In this document: piece after piece, positions 55,854 through 64,000 of the stretch
How positions within the stretch are numbered: position 1 is the first letter of the stretch
How the letters are laid out: every line of letters starts with the position of its first letter
Origin: Thermoanaerobaculia bacterium
GTDB lineage: Bacteria > Acidobacteriota > Thermoanaerobaculia > Multivoradales > JAGPDF01
Reading direction: 5' to 3'
Assembly: GCA_963821905.1 (NCBI GenBank)
Contig: CAWGFP010000009.1
Span: 647,412-711,411 of the forward strand
Length of the DNA: 64,000 bases
Notes under the pieces: generated by a model
What the model saw: only the letters and a program-made list of their open reading frames with translations
What the model was told of the DNA's origin: nothing
Databases searched by the model: none
Program-made: the position numbers and the translations under genes

Positions 55854-58520
55854 GTGACTCTCGCGCCGGGCATCCGCCTCGGCTCCTACGAGATCACCGC
55901 CAAGCTGGGCGAGGGCGGCATGGGGGAGGTCTATCGCGCGACGCGACACGCGGCTGAAGCGCGAGGTGGCGATCAAGGTGCTGCCGGCGGCGTTCACCGC
56001 GCGACCCGGAGCGCCTCGCGCGCTTCGAGCGCGAGGCGCAGCTCGCTGGCGCAGCTGCACCATCCGAACATCGCCTCGATCTACGGGCTCGAAGGAGTCC
56101 GGGCGGCACGCGCTGCGCTGGTGATGGAGCTGGTCGACGGGCGAGACGCTGCGCGGAGCGACTGGCGCGCGGGCCGCTGCCGCTCGACGAGGCGCTCGCC
56201 GATCGCGCGGCAGATCGCCGAGGCGCTCGAGGCGGCGCACGAGCAGGGGCATCGTCCATCGCGACCTGAAGCCCGCGAACGTCAAGGTTCGCGCCGACGG
56301 CACGGTGAAGGTGCTCGACTTCGGCCTCGCCAAGGCGATGGACCCGGCCGCGGATCGGCCGCGATCCGCGAGCCGCGAGCTCATGAACTCGCCGACGCTC
56401 ACGCAGCCCGCGGGCACCGCAGATCGGCGTGATCCTCGGCACCGCGGCCTACATGGCGCCCGAGCAGGCGCGCGGGCAGGCCGTCGACAAGCGCGCCGAC
56501 ATCTGGGCGTTCGGCGTCGTGCTCTACGAGATGCTGACCGGCACGCGCGCTGTTCGACGGCGAGACGGTCACCGACGTGCTCGCGGCGGTGCTGCACGCG
56601 CGAGCTCGACTGGCGGCGCTGCCGGCCGAGCACGCCGCGCGCGCTGCGGCGCGCTCGCTCGCGCGCTGCCTCGAGCGCGATCCGCGAGCAGCGCCTGCGC
56701 GACATCGGCGAGGCGCGCAGTTGCGCTCGAGCGAGATCGTGAGCGCATCCCAGGCGGAGTCGGTCGTGGCGCCGCGTCGCGGAGCGTCGCGCTGGCGCTC
56801 GCCGTGGCGGCCGCTGCGGGAATCGCCGCGGCCGTTGGAATTCTGGCGCTCGCCGGCGGCTGCGTCTCGCCGAGCGGGAGCTCCGCGCAAGGCAGCGCGA
56901 GGGCGGCGCCGCGTCGGACGGAGATCCTGCGGCCGCGCGGTCGTCGATTCGTCGAACGCCGCGATCTCGCCGGACGGCAGCGAGGTCATCGCCTACGACA
57001 CGACGCGTCGAAGCCGGCGCTCCTGCGCCGCTCACTCGAGAGCTTCGAGATCCGCGCGATTCCAGGCTCTGAGAGCTCTTACAACTCCTTTCTACTCTCC
57101 CGACGGCCGCTCCATCGGCTTTTTCAGCGGCCGCCAGATCTCTTCTCGATCTCACGGCTCACCGGCGCCGCTTGCGAGGCGGACGGCTCGCCGCCGGAAG
57201 CTGGGGTGAGGACGGCACGATCGTGTTCTCGAGCCAGCCGCCGTGGGGCGGTCTCGCGGCTGGTCTTTGGCGGGTGCCGCGGCGGGCGGCGATGCCGTAC
57301 GGCTCACCACGGTCGACGCCGCGAAAGGCGAGCGTCAGCACGTCTATCGCAAGTCTGCCGACGGACGCAACGTGCTCTTCACCGTCGCAGCCAGGCCAAG
57401 GACATCGCCGTCGTGCGCCGGCCGGCGGCGCTCGCGAACCGTTCTGGCAACTCGCTCGCGGGCGTTTCGTGCGCTCGGGGCATCTCGCATACTGGGACGA
57501 GCTGCGGGGACGGCTCTCGGCTGTTCGCTTCGATCTCCAGCGCATGTCAACTGTCGGCACACCGGTCGAGCTCGGATCGAGCTGAACACCACCGGGGACA
57601 CCATCGTTTCGTACGACGTCTCGACAACGGCACCTGATCTACTCGTTCGGCGGCATGTTCGGCGGCGACTTCGTGATCGACATCGTCGATCGCGCAGGCC
57701 AGCGGACTCCGGTTGTCGAAGAGCGCGCCTCGTGGGTCACCGCTGTCGCCCAGTGGCGCCAGCTGCTGTTGCGGAGGTCGGCCAGCCGACTGCTCGCTCT
57801 GGCTGTTCGATCTCGACCGGCGCTCTCTCGCCGCCTCGGTCTCGACGGCGATCTCCACAACCGCTCTGGCTGTCGGATGGCGAGCGTTTCCTGATCAGCC
57901 GGGACCGTCCGACAAGAGGTTCCGCCAGGTCTTCGAGCAGCGGCTCGACGGCGGCGCCGCGCTCGAGCGGGCTTTCGCGACCGATTCGGCACGGTCGCCG
58001 ATCCGCTTCGCCGGACGGGCGCTTCGTCGCGATCACCCACGAGGACCGGCGCGATCGCAACGACATCATGGTCTACGACCGGCTGAGCAGTGAGACGAAC
58101 CGTTCCTCACCAGCGAGTACGACGAAGACACCGGCGTTCTCACCGGACGGGAGCCTGCTCGCCACGCCGCGAACGATGGGCGGAGCGAGATCTACGTGCG
58201 GCCGTCCCGGGCCAGGCGGCAGTACTCGGTCTCGAACCATGGCGGCACCGGACCGGTCTGGTCGCGCGACGGCCGCGAGCTCTTCTACGCCGCAGGCGAC
58301 AGATGATGCGGGTCGCGATCGAGCGCGCGCCGCGCTTCTCGGCGAGCGCTCCGCGATCTCTTAGAGCCCGGACTTCGCGGGAACGGCCGGCAACTACGAC
58401 GTCTGCCGGACGGCGGCGGCTTCGTCATCGTGCGCCGCGGTGCGGAACGCCGTCGACGCGCACGCTGCGCGTCGTCTTCGACTGGTTCGCGAGTCGAGCG
58501 TTGGCGCAGCGGTCAGATGA
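55854..58520 (+). pseudogene. Membrane Ser/Thr kinase with beta-propeller ectodomain (array gene I, class 1); many frame breaks as assembled
   Basis: GTG 55854 lies 43 nt after the H stop. [30 protein letters not shown] is followed by fragments: [154 protein letters not shown]. The stop is assigned to the TGA at 58518-58520 (ATGA overlap with J), which is tentative. Confidence 0.7.
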
Positions 58521-61196
58521 CGTCACGCGGTCAGCTCGGTTAGAGATCACGAGCTGGGCGAGGGCGGCATGGGGGTCTACGGCGCGGACTCGCGGCTCGG
58601 CCGCGAGGTGGCGATCAAGGTGCTGCCGGCGGCCCTGGCGCGCGACGCCGAAGCGCTCCAGCGTTTCGAGGCCGAGGCGCGCGCGGTGGCGGCGCTCTCG
58701 CATCCCAACATTCTCTCGATCTTCGATTTCGGCACGGTGGGGGAGACCGCCTTCGCGGTCACCGAGCTCCTGGACGGCCAGACCCTGCGCGAACAACTGG
58801 AGGGTGGTCCGTTGCCGGTGCGCAAGCTGCTCGACCTCGGCGCGCAGATCGCGCGGGGTCTCGCCGCGGCGCACGAGCGCGGCATCGTGCATCGCGATCT
58901 CAAGCCCGCGAATCTCTTCTTGACCCGCGACGGCCGCGTGAAGATCCTCGACTTCGGTCTCGCCAAGCAGGAGGTTCCAGGGGCTGGCGCCGGGGCGCCG
59001 ACGATAGGACCGGCGACCGCGCCGGGCACGGTGCTCGGAACGGTGGGCTACATGTCGCCCGAGCAGGTGCGTGGCGAGCCGGCCGATGCGCGTTCCGATC
59101 TCTTCTCGCTCGGCGCGGTGCTCTACGAGATGGCGACCGGCCGGCGCGCCTTCGAGCGCGCGACGTCGGCCGAGACGATGACCGCGATCCTGCGCGAGGA
59201 GCCGGAAGGGCTCGAAACGTCGAGCACGCTCTTGCCGCCGGCGCTGCAGCGGATCGTTCATCATTGCCTGGAGAAGAATCCTCGCGAGCGGTTCCGCTCC
59301 GCGGAGGACCTGGCTTTCGCGCTCGACAGCCTGGCCGGCGGCGCGACGTCTTCGGCGAGCGCCATGGCCGCGCCGGTGCACACCCCGAGCCGCGGATCGC
59401 GCGTCTGGGTGCTCGCGGCGGTCGCGCTGCTGACGGCGGCCGCCGCGTTCTTCGCCGGCCGTGCCAGCCGCACCGCGACCAAGGCATCCACCGCCGTCCT
59501 CCCGCCGGTCGCGGCCGCTTTCCAGCAACTGACGGACTTCCGCGGTGTCGAATCGAACCCGACGCTGTCGCCAGACGGCAAGGACGTCGTCTACGTGAGC
59601 GACGGCAGCGGCAACCTCGACATCTACCGGCTGCGGGTCGGTGGCGGCAAGGCGACGCTGCTGACCGCCGACAGCCCCGCCGACGATTCGATGCCTGCCA
59701 TCTCCCCGGACGGCGAACGCATCGCGTTTCGCTCGGAACGCGATGGTGGCGGGATCTTCGTCATGGGCGCGACCGGCGAGTCGGTTCGGCGGCTCACCGA
59801 TTTCGGCTACGACCCCAGCTGGTCACCGGACGGCCGCGAGATCGTGGTCGCGGGCGGGGTGGCCAATTACCCCACCGATCTTTCGGCCAGCGCCACCGAC
59901 CTTACGGCGGTTGAGGTCGAGACCGGCAACCGTCGTGTGCTCGGCAAGGGCATCAACGCGATGCGGCCTCGCTGGTCGCCCCACGGCCAGCGCATCGCCT
60001 TCTGGACCCGCCGCGCCCCGAGCGGCCAGCGCGACATCTTCACCGTCGCCGCCGACGGCTCCCAGGCGAGCGCGGCGCCGACAGACGTCACGAACGACAG
60101 CGCTCTCGACTGGAGCCCTGCCTGGACACCCGACGGCAGCGCGCTCTATTTTTCGAGCAACCGCGGTGGCACCATGAACCTTTGGCGAGTGCCCATCGAC
60201 GAGGCGAGCGGCCAACCTTCGGGCGAGGCGCGGCCGATGACGGCGCCCGCGGCCTATTGCGCCGAGTTGAGCTTCGCCAACGATGGGCGCCGTTTCGCGT
60301 ACGCCACGCTGGACTGGCGCAGCCGACTGGTCCGGGCGCCCTTCGATCCGCGCGCTCTTCAATTGAGCGGCCCGCCCCAAACCGCTTTCGAGACGGGCAG
60401 GCCGGTGCGCGACCATCAGTTGTCGCCCGACGGCAAGTCGATCGTCTTGACCCAGATCGGCGCCCAGGAAGACATCGCGGTGGCGCGGGTCGACGGCAGC
60501 GGCTATGTGCGGCTGACCGATGACAAGGCGCGCGACCGCGGCCCCAGTTGGGCGCCGGACGGCAAGGAGATCCTTTTCTATTCCGACCGGGCTGGCGGCT
60601 ATGAGCTCTGGCTGATTCGTCCCGACGGCAGCGGACTCCGTCAGCTCACCCATCAAGGCAACGGGTCGACCAACTTCCCGCAATGGGCGCCCGACGGATC
60701 GCAGATCGCGTTCACTTCGTTCGGCATCGGCTGGCACCTGCTCGACATGCGGTCGCCGGGCGAGCCTGCGCAACCACGCTTGCAGCCGGCCGTGGCTGGC
60801 GACGCGGATTTCTGGCCGCTTTCGTGGACTCGGGACAGCGCGCGGATCGCCGGCCTGGCGGTGCAACGGGACGGCCGTGCGCGAGGCATTGTCGTGTACG
60901 ACGTGGCCAGCCAGACCTACGCGCCGGCGCTCACCGAGCCGATCCGATTCGCCTGGGCCAAATGGCTGGGCGACAGCCGCCATTTGGTAGTGCGCCGCGA
61001 GCGCGGCATCACCCTTGTCGACACGACGACGCATCAAGTGAATCCGCTGGTTTCGGTCGGCGGTTACTGGATTGGTTCGAGCCTCGACGTCTCGTCGGAC
61101 GACCGCTGGATCACCTGGACCGAGACCGCCACCGAGGGCGATCTCTGGCTGGCCGACCTCGATTCGGCCGGTGCCGGGACCAGCAAGGTGAAATAG
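58517..61196 (+). CDS. Membrane Ser/Thr kinase with TolB/PD40 beta-propeller ectodomain (array gene J, class 3; different kinase subtype); frame breaks only in the first ~50 nt
   Basis: ORF 58569..61196 is intact: [68 protein letters not shown]. Propeller: PTLSPDGKDVVY, PAISPDGERIAF, PSWSPDGREIVV, PRWSPHGQRIAF, PAWTPDGSALYF, HQLSPDGKSIVL, PSWAPDGKEILF, PQWAPDGSQIAF. The upstream ATG 58517 (MTSRGQLG..EITS.LGEGG) needs two frame corrections near 58535-58555. Confidence 0.8.
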
Positions 61197-61211
61197 CGTC
61201 GGCGCCGCCGA

Positions 61212-62144
61212 TCAGGGCAGGGTCACCGCGATCGTGGTCACGCCGATTGCCGCGTCTCGACCGATGCCGACCCAACGTTTTCGCTGCGGCTCGCCGGGCA
61301 CCGGCAGCTCGAAGTAACGCCCCTTCGGATCTCGCACCACCCGGTTGTTGCTCATCGGCTGCATCGCCGCCGTCATCGCTTCCGTCATCTGTTGCATCAG
61401 CTCGGCCATCTTCTGGGAATCGGTGACGCCCTCCATCTTTTCGGTGATGGCGGTGACCGCGCTCATGTCGACCTCCATGGAAGACTTGGCCAACACTTCA
61501 TCGGCGCCCACCGTCTTGCTTCCCTTTGCGACCGCCGCGACCACCTTCTCGAGCGGATCCGCGGTGGTGAAGACCGCGAGGGTGGCGTCGCTCATCGAGA
61601 AGCGGTAGCTCGCCGCGTACTCGGGCAAGCCGAGCTCGGGGAGCGTGCGCGGGGTCTCGGGCATCACTTGCGCGGCCCATTCATCCCCTTCGAAGGCCTC
61701 GTAGTCGTTTCTCACCCATGGCGCGCTCCCGCGCCAGGCGAGCACCGCGGCGAGCCGTGGTCGATTGCTGGCGCTGGCCACCTGGTTGGCGAAGAAGCGG
61801 ACCGCTGGGCTGCGATGGTCGAGCGCCAGGAGCACCGCTTCTTCGTCCTCCGCGCTGTCGGCGCGCTGCATCTGCTGAAGGCCGAAGGTGGCGAGGAAGG
61901 GAAACTCCGCGCCCACCGCGACCCGCAGCACGTCGCGGTCGATCGTTTGCTCGAGCCCGGCCAGCTCGCGCAGGTCGGCGAGCAGGCGGATCTCGAGCTC
62001 ACGCCGCAAGTAGCCGCAGTCGGCGCCCGCCGCGACTCCGGCGCATTCGCTCTCGAAGCGGCCGGCGAGGGCCTCGTCGTCGAGGGTTGAAGGCGGAGTA
62101 CGGATGGTCACCGCCAGAAGCAGCAGCGCTGAGAGCACGTTCAT
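61212..62144 (-). CDS. Exported hypothetical protein with a methionine-rich segment
   Basis: Intact 310 aa. N-terminal signal-like MNVLSALLLLAVTI. I recognise no family motif. There are 9 Met in about 43 aa (SSMEVDMSAVTAITEKMEGVTDSQKMAELMQQMTEAMTAAMQPM). 4-nt overlap with the upstream gene. Confidence 0.6.
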   Translation of the reverse strand: MNVLSALLLLAVTIRTPPSTLDDEALAGRFESECAGVAAGADCGYLRRELEIRLLADLRELAGLEQTIDRDVLRVAVGAEFPFLATFGLQQMQRADSAEDEEAVLLALDHRSPAVRFFANQVASASNRPRLAAVLAWRGSAPWVRNDYEAFEGDEWAAQVMPETPRTLPELGLPEYAASYRFSMSDATLAVFTTADPLEKVVAAVAKGSKTVGADEVLAKSSMEVDMSAVTAITEKMEGVTDSQKMAELMQQMTEAMTAAMQPMSNNRVVRDPKGRYFELPVPGEPQRKRWVGIGRDAAIGVTTIAVTLP

Positions 62145-62893
62145 CGCTTGGTCTCCTTCCCGAGTGCTGCCGCCTTGCGCTTCGCCTTGTCCTTGAGATC
62201 CTGGATCTGCTCCTGGGTCGGCACCACCTCACGGCGGCCGTTCTTGAACTTTCTCGTCGAGCCCTTCCATCCGCAGTCGCGGGCGAGACTGGCGATCTCG
62301 CGGCGCAGCGTCTGCACGCCCTTGGCGTAGGCGTCGCGGTCCTCCTCGAGGTAGTTCCTGGGTTGCAGGAGCGAGAGGCCGCTTTTCTCCCTGGCCCAAC
62401 GCTGGCGGCAGCGCTCCTGATGCAGCTTCTCGTGGTCGATGAGGAACTCGGAGAAGGCGGAGCACTCGGCAGCCCGGATCTCCTCCTCGGTGATCGGCAC
62501 TGGATCCGGTTGCGTACCGTCCGCGTTCTTGGGCAGGAATTTGACCAGCCCGCACCCCTTGTCCATGAAGTTCGTCCCGAAGGCCGGCGCGGCGCCGCCG
62601 CGCGACGCCGGTCCCGTCCCCGAGTCGCCCACTCGTTGCGCGCTCCTGCCGTTGTTGTACTGGTTGAGCCGCCATTGCAGCCGGTCGCTGATGTCCTGCT
62701 TGGATTGGAACTCGTCCTCGACCGGCGTCTTCGACTTCAGGTACTCGTCGGCCAGCTCGCGCAGCTTCTCCTGCTCCATCAGCTCCTGGAACAGGCGCGG
62801 CAGATCCTTGCAATCACATGGGTTGAAGGCGCCGACGGCGCCCTGGGAGGGCGCGACGAGCGCCAGGAGAAGCAGTGGCATCGAAGGGATCAT
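62141..62893 (-). CDS. Exported hypothetical protein, Cys-containing, with an HExxH motif
   Basis: Intact 250 aa. Signal MIPSMPLLLLALVAPSQGA. Six Cys (NPCDC, KGCG, AECS, ERCR, RDCG). HEKLH sits within SEFLIDHEKLHQERC. The composition is Lys/Glu/Gln-rich, unlike its neighbours, and the C-terminal tail is basic. Confidence 0.6.
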   Translation of the reverse strand: MIPSMPLLLLALVAPSQGAVGAFNPCDCKDLPRLFQELMEQEKLRELADEYLKSKTPVEDEFQSKQDISDRLQWRLNQYNNGRSAQRVGDSGTGPASRGGAAPAFGTNFMDKGCGLVKFLPKNADGTQPDPVPITEEEIRAAECSAFSEFLIDHEKLHQERCRQRWAREKSGLSLLQPRNYLEEDRDAYAKGVQTLRREIASLARDCGWKGSTRKFKNGRREVVPTQEQIQDLKDKAKRKAAALGKETKR

Positions 62894-62903
62894 CGGGTCT
62901 CCC

Positions 62904-64000
62904 TCATTTCGGATCGGCCCCGTAGCCGAGGGCCAGAGCCATCAAGTTCTCCGCGGCAAGCGCGTCGTGTGGCGCTAGCTCCAGCACCTGCCGGAAGGCG
63001 GCGCGCGCGGGAGCGGGCTCGTCGTGTTCCCAATAAGCCATGCCGAGGTTGTTCCAGGCGCGTACGCTCGCCGGGGCCTTCGCCGTAGCGTCGCGCCAGA
63101 GAGTGCGGGAGTCCCGCCAGACTTCGACACGAGCGATGGTGGCGCGGAAGCCGGCCACGATCAGCGCCGACGCGAGAACTGCCATCGCAAGACGCGAGCG
63201 TGGCCGCGCCGCGGCCCAACGGCGCGCGACCTCGGCTGCGGCGCCGAGCGCCAGCGCCGGTCCGACCCAGGGCAGATAGAGCGAGCGCTCGCTGGTCGGA
63301 TCGAGCTTCCAGAGCAGCGAGTGGCTCGGCGCCAGCGCGACCAGCGGCCAGAGGAGCGCCAGCGAAAACGCGGGGTAGCGCCGCGCCAGCGCCAGCCCGC
63401 TGCCGACCGCAGCAACGACGAGCGTCGCGCCGATCGCCACCGCCGGCGTTGTCGGAGCGACCGGAGCGTGCTCGACCGAAAGCGCGCCGGGGCGTATCCA
63501 GAGTGAGAGGAGGCCAGGCAGCACGGCCAGATTCGCTGACAGCGACTTCCATGGACCGGAAGTCTCGAGAGAGAACTCCAGAAGTGAGCGCAGGCGGCCG
63601 GAGCTCAGCGCTGCGATGGCCGCGAGGCCCAATGCGGCCGCGTGCGCGAGCAGGAGCGGACGCGCGCTTCTCGTGCGGGGTTCCGGGCGCGTCAGCTCCC
63701 AGACGACGACCAGCAGCGGAAAGATGAGCGCCACTTCTTTCACCGCCACGGCCGCGACGAAGAGGGCCAGCGAGAGGGCGAGGTGCCGCCAGCGGCTCGG
63801 AGCCTCGTCCGTCGCCGCCGCGCGGTCGTGCGCGAGTAACGCGGCGAGCAACAACAGGGTCGACAGGCTGGCGCTCCGTCCCGAGACATAAGCCACGGCC
63901 TCGGCCTGCGCCGGCTGCAGCGCGAAGGCGAGCGCCGCCGCCGTCGCGCCGACCGGCCCGGCGTTGCGCCGGCGCGCCAGGGCAAACACGGCGCAGACGC
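62904..64000 (-). CDS. Polytopic membrane protein with C-terminal TPR domain (PMT/TMTC-like glycosyltransferase architecture), 5' end outside the window
   Basis: ORF 62904..63989 continues to the window edge. It has multiple hydrophobic helices (LSTLLLLAALLA, LALSLALFVAAVAV, ALIFPLLVVVWEL, AIGATLVVAAVGSGLAL, FSLALLWPLVALA, LAMAVLASALIVAGF). The TPR-like tail is WRDATAKAPASVRAWNNLGMAYWEHDEPAPARAAFRQVLELAPHDALAAENL. Confidence 0.65.
   Translation of the reverse strand, partial: VCAVFALARRRNAGPVGATAAALAFALQPAQAEAVAYVSGRSASLSTLLLLAALLAHDRAAATDEAPSRWRHLALSLALFVAAVAVKEVALIFPLLVVVWELTRPEPRTRSARPLLLAHAAALGLAAIAALSSGRLRSLLEFSLETSGPWKSLSANLAVLPGLLSLWIRPGALSVEHAPVAPTTPAVAIGATLVVAAVGSGLALARRYPAFSLALLWPLVALAPSHSLLWKLDPTSERSLYLPWVGPALALGAAAEVARRWAAARPRSRLAMAVLASALIVAGFRATIARVEVWRDSRTLWRDATAKAPASVRAWNNLGMAYWEHDEPAPARAAFRQVLELAPHDALAAENLMALALGYGADPK

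Noticed and set aside
61197-61211. Possible terminator in the 15-nt gap between convergent kinase J and the Met-rich protein gene
   Set aside because: There is only a 6-nt GC palindrome (tcggcg/cgccga) with essentially no loop and no U-tract. It cannot form a credible hairpin.

Overview
Very GC-rich bacterial chromosomal segment. The gene content resembles a soil Acidobacteriota- or Gemmatimonadota-like organism, but that taxon is an inference. I can support about 40 genes and saw no rRNA, tRNA, CRISPR array, transposase or integrase. Left part (1-12.2 kb): an RsbW/RsbV/RsbU-like partner-switching module, TldD/PmbA, an amidohydrolase, Pcm, a long REP-like hairpin, and a minus-strand operon of PBP, HExxH protein, ATP-grasp ligase and RmuC. 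Middle (12.3-35.9 kb): a TPR receptor kinase; a GntR-controlled double ABC cluster ending in an ABC-2 permease fused to an M1 aminopeptidase; a cupredoxin / GGDEF-EAL / outer-membrane-barrel operon; a degraded TonB-dependent receptor; an alpha/beta hydrolase; a beta-propeller receptor kinase; an M61 peptidase; and a PP2C phosphatase. The dominant feature (35.96-61.2 kb) is ten Hanks-type Ser/Thr kinase genes in two divergent, tightly coupled arrays around one 206-bp intergenic region. Four are soluble kinase-TPR paralogues in a ~2.24-kb tandem repeat on the minus strand. Six are kinase-TM-beta-propeller genes on the plus strand. The window holds 12 kinases in total. The right end encodes three uncharacterised envelope proteins. 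A second major observation is technical or evolutionary: frameshifting indels cluster in blocks that ignore gene boundaries, so many genes are broken as assembled while neighbours are perfect. All coordinates for frameshifted genes are outer boundaries reconstructed by eye from fragments in different frames.
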